Positions 9,710-18,297 of a DNA stretch of 64,000 nt are shown piece by piece (positions within the stretch are counted from its first letter, which is position 1; every line of letters begins with the position of its first letter). The position numbers were made by a program, and so were the translations under genes. The notes beneath the pieces are model-generated. The model worked only from the letters and a program-made list of their open reading frames with translations. It did no database searches and was not told where the DNA came from. The stretch comes from a virus: IMG/VR virus record IMGVR_UViG_637000270_000006, one strand, 5' to 3'.

Positions 9710-9799
9710 CCTTTTGAAATGAACCTTTGCCGCACAGGAAATTAGTCCATCAAGGCTCGCCAGCACTAACCGACTTCCTCAAAGGCTCATTTCAAAAGG
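9710..9799 (-). promoter_or_regulatory. Long hairpin (20-bp outer stem) overlapping the SD of the Rha-like gene
   Basis: 9710-9729 and 9780-9799 are reverse complements with one G.U pair; 3' arm ends AAAAGG 8 nt before ATG 9701. Confidence 0.7.
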
Positions 9800-9864
9800 T
9801 TCAGGTTTGATGTGATTCTTTACACAGCGGAGCGTATAGAAAAGCCTTGAACGACAACCAAGGC

Positions 9865-10362
9865 TCATTGAGTTGGATTGATTAGTGCATTCGGATTTAA
9901 ACAAATTTCCCGTTCTACCTCTCTGCGGTTAATCAGCCCGTTTGATACCTTTCCTTCATCGTATTTCCATCGGCGCATCTGGTCACAAGCGCCTTGAATA
10001 TCTCCGGCGTTCAACTTTTTAAGTAGCGTTGAATTGGCAAATGCCCCACTGCCGATATTGTAAACAAATGAAGTCAAAGCGGCTTTCTGCAAATCGGTAA
10101 GCTGAACAGTGACATAACGTTCAACAGTAGCACGTGCTACCTGCAAATCCTTTTTCATCAACGCGTTACATTCTTCTTCGTTATAAATTTCCCCTGGCGT
10201 AACGTCCTTGCCGGTATGACCGTGACAGACAGTGAGCACCCCGCCGCCATCACGATAGGGCTTATAGCGCTTACCTTCGTGCCACTGCACCAAGACGGCA
10301 GCCAGCGCTAATACGCCACCTGACGTCACTGTTATCAATCGTTTACGAAGTTCGGGAGACAT
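9865..10362 (-). CDS. SAR-type endolysin (GH24 lysozyme)
   Basis: N-terminal SAR segment, HEG...YRDGGGVLTVCHGHT, AALTSFVYNIG, GLINRREVE. Confidence 0.95.
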   Translation of the reverse strand: MSPELRKRLITVTSGGVLALAAVLVQWHEGKRYKPYRDGGGVLTVCHGHTGKDVTPGEIYNEEECNALMKKDLQVARATVERYVTVQLTDLQKAALTSFVYNIGSGAFANSTLLKKLNAGDIQGACDQMRRWKYDEGKVSNGLINRREVEREICLNPNALINPTQ

Positions 10363-10595
10363 TATAGTAATCCGATCGGTAGTTCAGCCCAGTATTGGTA
10401 CATGTCGGGTGTGAACGTTTCATACTGCCCGTTATCCCAACCCTGGAAGTAGAGAAAATCCCCACTTTCCGCAACAACACTGACCACGACATTGTAATAA
10501 GCTGCATTATTGGTAATAAGATACTGCTCAGCTTTTGATGACTTGCCGGGTTTTTCACTGGAAGGGTGAAAATGGAGTTTTAATTCATTGCCCAT
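10362..10595 (-). CDS. Hypothetical protein between holin and endolysin
   Basis: ATG 10595 with GAGGA SD; stop overlaps endolysin start; no TM segment. Confidence 0.65.
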   Translation of the reverse strand: MGNELKLHFHPSSEKPGKSSKAEQYLITNNAAYYNVVVSVVAESGDFLYFQGWDNGQYETFTPDMYQYWAELPIGLL

Positions 10596-10617
10596 CGTTA
10601 CTTCCTCTTTATTGTTA

Positions 10618-10797
10618 TTATTTTTTCTTGAAACGGTACTCTTTATGTCGGTAGTACCAGTTGAGGCCAACGGTCAATATTGAACAGATAATACCCGTAA
10701 CCAGCGCCCATTCACTAAGCGATAGCGCACCGCATAGAAACGTCGTCGCGCTGGCACTATAGGCCGTGCCCGTTGTGTATTTTTCAATGTTATTCAT
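10618..10797 (-). CDS. Holin (phage 21 S-like pinholin)
   Basis: Manual translation MNNIEKYTTGTAYSASATTFLCGALSLSEWALVTGIICSILTVGLNWYYRHKEYRFKKK; two hydrophobic segments, basic tail; paralog of 42622-42801. Confidence 0.85.
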   Translation of the reverse strand: MNNIEKYTTGTAYSASATTFLCGALSLSEWALVTGIICSILTVGLNWYYRHKEYRFKKK

Positions 10798-10836
10798 AGA
10801 GTGTTTTATTTATTTAGTTTTGTAGGATTTTAACGG

Positions 10837-11202
10837 TTAACAACATTCATCAATAATGACAACACACTTGCCGCCTTTTACACCACCGTTGTTATCCATC
10901 TTCTCAACGGTCATCACGCGAACCTGGCTATCATCGTGCCAAATATCTGCCCCAGTTAAAGAATCGAGTACGCCTTTAGAGTAATTGTCTACATCACGCT
11001 TTCTCTTGTTGGGTAGATAGAGTTGCATCAATACAGAGACCTCACCTTCAAATTTTTGACAGTCAGATTTCTGGCGCATCTCTTTGACAATTTTTGCGGT
11101 TGTTGCTTTAAATTCTTTTGCTTTATCACTGAGGTAAATGCGTTTTGAATTATGTCGCCAATAAGTATTAACGCTGGGCGGGAAGGGGAGTTCGATTATC
11201 AC
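10837..11202 (-). CDS. rusA: RusA Holliday junction resolvase
   Basis: [34 protein letters not shown]. Confidence 0.93.
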   Translation of the reverse strand: MIIELPFPPSVNTYWRHNSKRIYLSDKAKEFKATTAKIVKEMRQKSDCQKFEGEVSVLMQLYLPNKRKRDVDNYSKGVLDSLTGADIWHDDSQVRVMTVEKMDNNGGVKGGKCVVIIDECC

Positions 11203-11713
11203 GATTCACACCTTTTTTTAATAATTCTTTTCTTTGGACATACGTCATCCAGCATCCAGGTATTCGCCACGGTCGCCAGATAAACAACACACTGCCCTTG
11301 CTGTTGCCCGCCTTTCCTTCCTTGCCTGTTTCGGCAGAGATAAATGAGAGTCGTCCCTCGGTGATGAAACGCACTTCATCAGATGTTTTTAACGCTTCAT
11401 AAAACCATGCTGTAGAGGTATCAGAAGGCAGTAGCATCACAATAGTCTGATTCTGTTTTTTACACTGCTCAGCCGCTTTCTTCACCCAAGGCATAATCTT
11501 GCTGTATGGCGGATTACAGAAGATAGCACCTTTGCTATTCCAGTCGCTTTTCAATGCGTCGTGCTGTTCAGTTAAAAACGCTTTGCATAGCGCGTTGCTT
11601 TTATCGGCGGCAGCATCCAGTTTGAAATTAAATTCAGCATCAAGGGCTCGAAATACTTCAATAGGTGTTTGCCATCTGTCTTTGAATGACTTTGGTGTAT
11701 TACTGATTAGCAT
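11168..11713 (-). CDS. Phage N6-adenine DNA methyltransferase (phage Dam family)
   Basis: DRWQTP...LDAAA...FCNPPYS...[12 protein letters not shown]. Confidence 0.92.
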   Translation of the reverse strand: MLISNTPKSFKDRWQTPIEVFRALDAEFNFKLDAAADKSNALCKAFLTEQHDALKSDWNSKGAIFCNPPYSKIMPWVKKAAEQCKKQNQTIVMLLPSDTSTAWFYEALKTSDEVRFITEGRLSFISAETGKEGKAGNSKGSVLFIWRPWRIPGCWMTYVQRKELLKKGVNRDNRTPLPAQR

Positions 11714-11715
11714 AT

Positions 11716-12021
11716 TTAAACCACGGTAGGATTTTTATATAACGGAGAATTCCAGACTTTGTTAATCATGCAGCGTGGGGTGGGGTGATTATTCCCGCTT
11801 TCTACCAGTTTAACGGCGACATCCCATAATTTATGGTCGGCGTTAAGCGATTTCTCAACATGATACCCTTTCTCAGTATATCGTTTCACAAGTCTATTAG
11901 CTTGCCTCGTGCTGATGGCCTCGTGTCGAAACCAACTTTTTCGTAAATATGTCATAAATATTTTTACTTTTTTAAAGATAAAATGGCGATGCGGATTGTT
12001 TGTTTGGTTTAAGCATGACAT
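11716..12021 (-). CDS. Phage hypothetical protein
   Basis: ORF between DnaC-like and Dam genes; true start may be the internal Met (MTYLRKSWF). Confidence 0.6.
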   Translation of the reverse strand: MSCLNQTNNPHRHFIFKKVKIFMTYLRKSWFRHEAISTRQANRLVKRYTEKGYHVEKSLNADHKLWDVAVKLVESGNNHPTPRCMINKVWNSPLYKNPTVV

Positions 12022-12782
12022 TTAACTTTTGAGCGGTAACTTTCCCAATTGAAATTAATCCAAATGCCGTTATCCATCATCATGCGGTCAAGTACTCTCT
12101 CGCCCAATACGCCGCTTATTTGCTCACCCGTTAAATTAGTTAACATACCAATCGGTTTTTTGTGTGACGTTCTACGGTCAACAAGTTGGTTAATCAGAAT
12201 TTGCGTATTGTCGCTATTTCGGTGCTGGATACCTATCTCATCGAGAACCAGTAAATCAACGTTGCATAACTCACGCAATAAGCCCTCTTCGCTCCATTCG
12301 GCATGTTTTTCATACGTTGACCGAAAGCGCATCATCAAATCAGCAACGGTGATGCACAACACGGATTTACCTTTGTTTATCAAGCAATGACCAATAGCGG
12401 CTGCAAGATGATTTTTCCCTGTCCCACAGGAGCCGCTAAAAACAAATCCCCCAAAACCTGAGCCAAAGTTTTTTGCAAACGCAATAGCTTGATGTAAAGC
12501 AGCTCGTTGATCAGCAGTATAGGCTTGATAATTTTCAAAGCGACAATCCTGATGCAGGGGGGATATCCCTGAGCGTCCAATTAGATACTTGAGGCGGTTT
12601 TGCCTGTTCAATTCCACGGTTTTCTGACTGGCTTCCCGTGATATTTTTTCCACCACGGCGAAATATTCATCACGATTAGTGGTTATGGGTTGCACATGCT
12701 TTGGCATAATTTTTTTCAGTCGTTCAATGATATTCATCATCGGGGGGAAACTCCGTATTGTCGCTTCAGCGTATCCACTCAC
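12009..12782 (-). CDS. DnaC/IstB-like helicase loader ATPase
   Basis: Walker A GSCGTGKNHLA, Walker B LLVLDEIG, LTNL, RVLDRM. Confidence 0.92.
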   Translation of the reverse strand: MSGYAEATIRSFPPMMNIIERLKKIMPKHVQPITTNRDEYFAVVEKISREASQKTVELNRQNRLKYLIGRSGISPLHQDCRFENYQAYTADQRAALHQAIAFAKNFGSGFGGFVFSGSCGTGKNHLAAAIGHCLINKGKSVLCITVADLMMRFRSTYEKHAEWSEEGLLRELCNVDLLVLDEIGIQHRNSDNTQILINQLVDRRTSHKKPIGMLTNLTGEQISGVLGERVLDRMMMDNGIWINFNWESYRSKVKCHA

Positions 12783-13048
12783 GCGAGCTGTAACACGCTG
12801 AGAGCGGTTTAATATCGAATCTGTGGTGCGCGTCTTTTAGGGTTGAGAAAACGTCACTCAGCGGTTCCTGGATACCTTAGAATCGACTGCTGAACACAAC
12901 CTCACGCTAAAAACTCCTGCAAGCCTCTCTGGGCGATTCTAGTGCTCAAGTGGTACGTTCGTGTCTTTAGGGTAGAAAACGCCGTGACGGGCTTTCTCGG
13001 TGCCTTAAAATTGATTCTAGAACAGGATTGAGCATACAAATTCAAGAT

Positions 13049-13922
13049 TCAGCCGTTCACCACGATAAATCCCGCTGGACTACTGGGACGTGTTGCCACC
13101 TGATTGACCAAACTGGTCGCCCGAGGTTTAGCGGCTTGCTGTGGCTCGAAGAGTCCTTGCCAACCGTTGGCGATACTAGCGTTAATAATTTCTTCAGGCT
13201 GATGTCCGTTATCGCGGCACTTGCCTAGCAGCTTGATAGCCTGAATTACCGTCTGCTGGGATTTAATCGGCTTGTTGATTTCCTTCCGGTACTGCACCCA
13301 AGAATCCCAGGTTGGTCTCGGTAGCCAATCAGGAAGTTCTACCGAGCTTGGGTCAAACGATTTTGATTTTACCGAAGGAGGGGTTTGGGGTGGTTTATGT
13401 TTTAATATATTTCTTTCCTTTCTTTTATGTTTAGCTGATTCGGCTAAACGCTCATTAGCTGATTTGGCTTATTTTTATTAGCCGTTTTAGCTAACGTTTC
13501 CTCACTATTAGCTGTTTCGGCTTAACTTTATTAGCTGGTTTAGCTAAACTTTTATTGAAACTCCACTCATGATAATTTTGATTTATGGAGACTTCATTAT
13601 TGTGTTTGAATATCATATTCATGTTTTCAAGTTCCTTCCTAACTTTACTGACATGTGTATGATGGATAGCCGTCATTTTCCCTATTCGCGTATTTTCAAT
13701 GTGTGCACACTGTTTATTCCAATCGATAGTCAGTCGGTGAATTGCGTCAAATACTTTATATTGCCGAAATGTAAGAGGCGCGCGTAGTAATGCTTCCTTT
13801 AACTCATTATCCCACTTAGTAAATCCAATATCGCTTCCCGTCATGAGAAACGCCTGTTCCTCATCTTTTGATTTAAAATAGGCATAGGTAACGTTAGTCA
13901 TGACAAGGTTCCTGTAAATCAT
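13049..13922 (-). pseudogene. Replication initiator (lambda O-like), frameshifted in the iteron array
   Basis: N-part 13491-13922 (GFTKWDNEL...IHRLTIDWNK) and C-part (LPDWLPRPTWDSWVQYRKEINKP...NGWQGLFEP) are in different frames. Confidence 0.8.
13431..13547. repeat. Five 17-bp quasi-palindromic iterons TTAGC-N7-GCT(A/T)A (replication origin)
   Basis: Copies at 13431, 13455, 13478, 13508, 13531, inside the initiator gene as in lambdoid origins. Confidence 0.85.
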
Positions 13923-14187
13923 TTTCTTTAAGTAAATCGACTTTTGATAAACTATCTTTCAACTCCCATTCGTCGATTTCCTTAAAAATGCAACTAATAT
14001 CTTCTCGTAAATAATCAATAATTTCAGGAAGCCAAGGCATTGACTCATGTTCACACGAATGTTTATTTATGTGTTCGTAAATATATCCCGCCACTTCCAT
14101 CGCTCTAATAAGTCTGGTGTGGCTTTCATGACTAATTTCTGGTCTTATTTTTTCCTGCTGTGCAGTCGAGGTATCAACAATTCTCAT
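13894..14187 (-). CDS. Phage hypothetical protein
   Basis: 97-aa ORF coupled to neighbours. Confidence 0.6.
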   Translation of the reverse strand: MRIVDTSTAQQEKIRPEISHESHTRLIRAMEVAGYIYEHINKHSCEHESMPWLPEIIDYLREDISCIFKEIDEWELKDSLSKVDLLKENDLQEPCHD

Positions 14188-14188
14188 G

Positions 14189-14380
14189 TTAATTTCCCCC
14201 CATACCAGCTTGCACAGGTTGACGACCAGCCCATATTAGGCGGCTATCTTTGAACATGGAATTGAAGGTGCGGCGATCTTGACGTGTAAACGACACTTTG
14301 CCGTAAGGCGTGGTGGAGTACTCTGGAATAATCCAGTAGGTATCAATAAATTCAGAACGAGTTTGGGTCGTAGCAACCAT
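14189..14380 (-). CDS. Icd-like host cell division inhibitor
   Basis: MVATTQ...LIWAGRQPV; directly downstream of C4 target sites as in the P1 c4-icd unit. Confidence 0.65.
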   Translation of the reverse strand: MVATTQTRSEFIDTYWIIPEYSTTPYGKVSFTRQDRRTFNSMFKDSRLIWAGRQPVQAGMGGN

Positions 14381-14387
14381 AGTGTTG

Positions 14388-14475
14388 CCCTCTCTTTGAA
14401 GTTTTCCAAATCTCGCTACCTGCTGTCAAACAGGGTGGCGAGACGTAACAGGGTTGACAGACCGGTCAAAGAGAA
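14388..14475 (-). promoter_or_regulatory. C4 target elements b1/a1 and a2/b2 over the icd SD
   Basis: Minus strand CTCTTTGAC (14465-73) and CTGTCAA (14454-60) are complementary to the C4 a'/b' elements; GTTTGACAG (14423-31) and TTCAAAGAG (14392-400) are the alternative partners next to the SD. Confidence 0.75.
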
Positions 14476-14544
14476 ATCCGGCGAGCCTTACGGCTCCCCC
14501 GTTACATCACGCCATTATTGGGGCGTAACGCTGATTTCGGACGT

Positions 14545-14632
14545 AAAAAACCGCACTAAAGCGGCGTGTTATATCCGCTCTTTGACTTGGGCTGTCAAAC
14601 CCGGCACCCGTTTTGTTAAGGTGCTGAGTAGA
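14545..14632 (-). ncRNA. C4-type antisense RNA (copy 1)
   Basis: Stem GCACCTT..GGGTGC, loop GGG-TTTGACAG-CCC, b' GTCAAAGAG, GCCGC..GCGGT-T6 terminator; upstream TTGACG-N18-TATATT promoter. Confidence 0.75.
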
Positions 14633-14674
14633 ATATAGCGCATGTTTTGCTCTTTCGTCAATGCGTACATGGGT

Positions 14675-15475
14675 TTATGCTGCAATTCCGTTCATCATGA
14701 CGCTTAAAAGCTTGGGAAAGAGGCTGTCGTAGAAGTGTGGTTGCGTCTGGCGCGGGTTATTGTTGTCTGTCAGGTTCTTACCGAACTGCAAACCTTTCTC
14801 CGTTAGCGACCAGAACAGTTTTTCTTTATCAGGATGCTTGCTGCTAGGGCGCGATTTACGTTCAGCGAGTCCGAGCAGTTGCAGCCGCCGATAACCAGAT
14901 TGGGGCGTATAGGGTTTACCGTGCAGCAGTAAAAGCTCAGTGAGCGAATGTGTAACCTCACTTGATCCGGTTACACTTTTCTCTGGTGCGTCTATGGCGT
15001 AGGCTGGTAGAATATCTGGCATGCCGAGGGACGATTGGAGTTTTTTCATTGCGCCCAACATGGCAGAAGGTGCAATACGTAGCTCCTGCTTGTAAAAAGC
15101 GAGCATTGCCAATCCAGCTTGAACCTTTTCAACCAGTACACCGTTATTGCTTTTTACTGAATCTCTAAACCGCTCATAAACCTGAACTTCAAAAGCGGGG
15201 TCTATCCAAGCAGCATATCGGATAGCAATAAGCTCAACTGCCCAGCTACCAGATTCAATACCACCTTTGATGATATTGACCGAAGCTATTTTCGTAGCTT
15301 CGCTTGCTTTTTGTACAAAATTACTTACTCCTTCTGATTTAAGGAAGTTTGATGGGCGCTGAGATTCCGTCGCTTTACCTTGCGCCACTGCCGCACGATG
15401 TAAATCATTCAAACAGTAACGTCCGAAAGCGTCCTGACGAACAACGGTATTTTCAATTACAATTAATTTAGTCAT
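14675..15475 (-). CDS. KilA-N domain phage antirepressor-like protein
   Basis: VRQDAFGRYCLNDLHRAA...GSWAVELIAIRYAAWIDPAFEVQVYE. Confidence 0.88.
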   Translation of the reverse strand: MTKLIVIENTVVRQDAFGRYCLNDLHRAAVAQGKATESQRPSNFLKSEGVSNFVQKASEATKIASVNIIKGGIESGSWAVELIAIRYAAWIDPAFEVQVYERFRDSVKSNNGVLVEKVQAGLAMLAFYKQELRIAPSAMLGAMKKLQSSLGMPDILPAYAIDAPEKSVTGSSEVTHSLTELLLLHGKPYTPQSGYRRLQLLGLAERKSRPSSKHPDKEKLFWSLTEKGLQFGKNLTDNNNPRQTQPHFYDSLFPKLLSVMMNGIAA

Positions 15476-15591
15476 AATAATTTCTTCATTGTTAAATGAA
15501 TTTGGTTGAAATACATTGACGGGTGACTTTTAAAATTTTGCTTGTTGACCCTCAAAAGGTTTAAACTAAAGAAAAAACAGGAGGTTTCGCT

Positions 15592-15951
15592 ATGGGCCAA
15601 GTTGCATTTGATACTCAAGAATTCGTCGAAACACTAGAAAACGCTGGGTTGCCGAAAGATCAGGCAAGAGCGATTTCTATCGCTGTTCGCAAGTCACACG
15701 AAGTGGCGGATGTAGCGACGAAGTCGGATATCACCGAGGTAAAACGCGATATTGCCGATGTCCGTAAGGATATGGAACATCGTTTTGAAAAAGTGGAAGC
15801 ACAGATCATCGATTCCCGTAAAGATACAGCCGCTCAAATCGCTTTACTTCGCAAAGATGTTGAAAGTATATCAACTTGGTTGCTCATAAAAATGGCTGGC
15901 ATGATGGCTGCTATCGTCGGTATCGCTACGGCCATTATGAAATTTCTTTAA
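15592..15951 (+). CDS. DUF1640/CCDC90-family coiled-coil membrane-anchored protein
   Basis: AFDTQEFVETLENAGLPKDQARAI, VATKSDI, coiled coil, C-terminal TM. Confidence 0.85.
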   Translation: MGQVAFDTQEFVETLENAGLPKDQARAISIAVRKSHEVADVATKSDITEVKRDIADVRKDMEHRFEKVEAQIIDSRKDTAAQIALLRKDVESISTWLLIKMAGMMAAIVGIATAIMKFL

Positions 15952-15959
15952 ACTAGCCT

Positions 15960-16397
15960 TCAAAAGGGGATCTCGTCGTCATAAAATGAGCCTGACGTTA
16001 CATTTCCAGATTGACTTGCTAGTGGTTGATTTTGCTGAGGTTTATTTTCCTGCTTACTGGAGAAATCAATCTCGTTAACCAGAACAACAGCGGTTGTTTT
16101 TTCTATACCATCTTTCCCCGTCCAACTTTCGAGCAAAAATTGGCCGATAACAGTAACCTTGGTTCCTCGTGTCAGATAAATGGGTAACTTTTCAGCTTTG
16201 GCACCAAACATTCGACATTGCACCCAAGAGATTTTCTCATGCTCACCGTATCCTTGCTTGACTGGTAAAGAAAATGTGGCAATCAACTTGCCGCTTGTGG
16301 TACTGCGTGTCGTACAGTCACCGCCAAGATTACCGGAAAATATCACGGTGTTTATTGTCATTATGTTGACTCGCTTATGATTGATTATTTCAATCAA
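15960..16397 (-). CDS. ssb: Single-stranded DNA-binding protein
   Basis: INTVIFSGNLGGD, RGTKVTVIG, acidic tail DDEIPF. Confidence 0.93.
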   Translation of the reverse strand: MIEIINHKRVNIMTINTVIFSGNLGGDCTTRSTTSGKLIATFSLPVKQGYGEHEKISWVQCRMFGAKAEKLPIYLTRGTKVTVIGQFLLESWTGKDGIEKTTAVVLVNEIDFSSKQENKPQQNQPLASQSGNVTSGSFYDDEIPF

Positions 16398-17014
16398 CTT
16401 TTTTCTATAACATCACAGGTAGTGGCAACCAGATTAAGAAACGCTTTTCTTCTTGCTTGAAGTTGATTAATCTCTTCTTCGTAGTCTTTGCGATACAACC
16501 TATGCGAGATTAATTGCCGATACTCAGGAAAGTCTGAGCAATAGCTGACAAAATCGATCCAAGCCCTTCCCGTGCAGTCAAGGTGGCCTATAAGTTGCCA
16601 TTTATAAACGGGGTCAAACGTTCTACGTTTCAATGTTTCAAAATGCACAGCGGCGGTAACGGACTTAATTTCAATAACACCATCATTTCCAACTAATCCG
16701 TCTGGACTATCGCCATAATCACCACAATCAAAAAATCCGCCGTTAGTTACATCAACAAAATTTGTTTCTTCGTATAGCCTTCTGGCTATTGGCTCCTGTT
16801 CGTGTCCACGTAACATGTGCTCATTAGTGAAACTAAATTCTGATTTTTTCCCTGTAATAATTTCTAGGACAATCTGTAACGCATATCGCTTGGCCGGTTC
16901 GCCGAAAGCTTTTCCCTGGTTGGCCATAAAACAGCTAAACTGTGATGCAGTGACCTTTCCTAAACGAAGCGTATCCCACACTTCCGTATTTTGTTGTACG
17001 TCATGCCATTGCAT
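16394..17014 (-). CDS. YqaJ/lambda-exonuclease family nuclease
   Basis: QNTEVWDTLRLGKVTAS, SPDGLVGNDGVIEIK, WQLIGHL; start taken at MQWHDV. Confidence 0.9.
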   Translation of the reverse strand: MQWHDVQQNTEVWDTLRLGKVTASQFSCFMANQGKAFGEPAKRYALQIVLEIITGKKSEFSFTNEHMLRGHEQEPIARRLYEETNFVDVTNGGFFDCGDYGDSPDGLVGNDGVIEIKSVTAAVHFETLKRRTFDPVYKWQLIGHLDCTGRAWIDFVSYCSDFPEYRQLISHRLYRKDYEEEINQLQARRKAFLNLVATTCDVIEKS

Positions 17015-17507
17015 TAGCGCACTCCTGCTTGAGGCGTTCCTGGTCTTCCTGTGACATCTCAACATGTGCTAATACTTTATCGAGTGACCCATTATTGATG
17101 TAGCTTTGTTTGGCCTTTTCCCACATTTCAACCTGAGCAGGTGTTAATGTTTTTTTCTGAGTAATGGCAGGGTAGACTCTTAATCCTTCGACATATTCAC
17201 GTCCAAACTTGACATGCTCAACCTCAATCATCACGGTTAAATTCTGCCAGTCTTCGATAAATGACGAACCTGATATTTTTTTAATGACCTTGCTATTGGT
17301 TGCATTAAGAATCATTGGCTTAAGTCTTTCGTTTGGTCTAATGTGCTTCTCTTTGAAATAAGCCGTATTGAACCTGTCTTGCGTTTTCTTGGTTTTATCT
17401 AATTCGAGCACAACATGAGAGATGGTTAACACTGTCGGCTCAACAATATCGGCGCTGCTCAAATAAGGGGAATCGAACGCCTTTCTATAATGCGTTTTTT
17501 CAGTCAT
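17001..17507 (-). CDS. Hypothetical protein in recombinase position upstream of exonuclease
   Basis: 168 aa, PYLSSADI...KPMILNATNSKVI...IEDWQN...EGLRV. Confidence 0.65.
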   Translation of the reverse strand: MTEKTHYRKAFDSPYLSSADIVEPTVLTISHVVLELDKTKKTQDRFNTAYFKEKHIRPNERLKPMILNATNSKVIKKISGSSFIEDWQNLTVMIEVEHVKFGREYVEGLRVYPAITQKKTLTPAQVEMWEKAKQSYINNGSLDKVLAHVEMSQEDQERLKQECANAMA

Positions 17508-17794
17508 TAAGCGGGCACCTCGTAGTAAGCATCACGGCATCGCATCAGATACAGAATTTGTTCGACTTTTTTGGTAACATCGTATAAGACTTCATCGAAT
17601 CCGGCGGTAGTTTCCAGTGCGAGTAACCATGCGTCGTATTCATCGCCTTTATCTGTATCGGAGAGTTTTTGAGCAAGATAAGCGTTGGTTAAACTTTCGT
17701 ATAAATACTCGCCGCCCGGATGACAGAATTCCACTTCTTCAACCGTTAATTTTTTCAGCGCCCGAAGAATTTCATTCTCAGTTTGAATGTCCAT
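17507..17794 (-). CDS. Phage hypothetical protein (acidic)
   Basis: ORF from ATG 17794 with GAAGGA SD; stop overlaps next start. Confidence 0.6.
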   Translation of the reverse strand: MDIQTENEILRALKKLTVEEVEFCHPGGEYLYESLTNAYLAQKLSDTDKGDEYDAWLLALETTAGFDEVLYDVTKKVEQILYLMRCRDAYYEVPA

Positions 17795-17915
17795 ACTGCT
17801 TCCTTCTTCGGCGATAGCGGTTCTTGACCGCATAGAGATAAGCTTTCGTTAAGCAGCGGTTATCAATGCTGTCCGTTGGGTATCTGTCTAATTGATTTTT
17901 GAATGTAGCAAGAAG

Positions 17916-17930
17916 GTTTACTGCGTAAAC
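17916..17930. promoter_or_regulatory. Palindrome GTTTAC-TGC-GTAAAC, possible operator
   Basis: Perfect 6-bp inverted repeat between the early operon and the repressor remnant. Confidence 0.35.
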
Positions 17931-17932
17931 AA

Positions 17933-18151
17933 ACAGCACGGGCCGAAGTTATGGAAAAAGTGCTACAGGCTCCTGAATTTCGGAAATATACAATGTGGTT
18001 GATGCATGATGAGATAGCGCCATCAGCCGGACAAATAGCTCCGGCTCTCGCACACTATGGAACCGATGGCGGGGAAGCACAAAAGCAGATAAGAAAAACG
18101 GGCGAGGATTCGGCTGTCAGATCATCCCACTACGACCAGAAAACTGGATGA
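17933..18151 (+). pseudogene. C-terminal half of a P2 C-like immunity repressor (HTH lost)
   Basis: RKYTMWLMHDEIAPSAGQIAPALAHYG...DQKTG closely matches the recalled P2 C C-terminus (KYTLWFMTNQIAPESGQIAPALAHFG...GQKTG); upstream in-frame TAG at 17906-17908. Confidence 0.7.
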
Positions 18152-18297
18152 CCATACAAAATGAGTTTAATAATTGGTTAGTAAATAAGGATATTTTTCG
18201 GGAGTTTTTGTTGAAAGTTATTGGATGCTGAAACAGATAAGAGAATGTGCTATAAAAATCAACATGTTATTTTATATTAAGATTACCGTATGCGCTA

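Larger units (their letters stand above)
1..18200 (-). mobile_element. Prophage 1 (HK97-like head, cos packaging), defective; continues beyond left edge
   Basis: Co-oriented minus-strand capsid, portal, terminase, HNH, lysis, replication and recombination genes; right boundary approximate. Confidence 0.9.

Noticed and set aside
13431-13547. Regularly spaced palindromic repeats resembling a CRISPR array
   Set aside because: Repeats are 17 bp with 6-13 bp spacers, lie inside the initiator gene, and no cas operon is present; the PD-(D/E)XK gene at 30334 is in a phage recombination module.
14279-14638. 119-aa plus-strand ORF over the C4 region
   Set aside because: Antisense to a structured RNA locus, no SD or motif; likely a shadow ORF.
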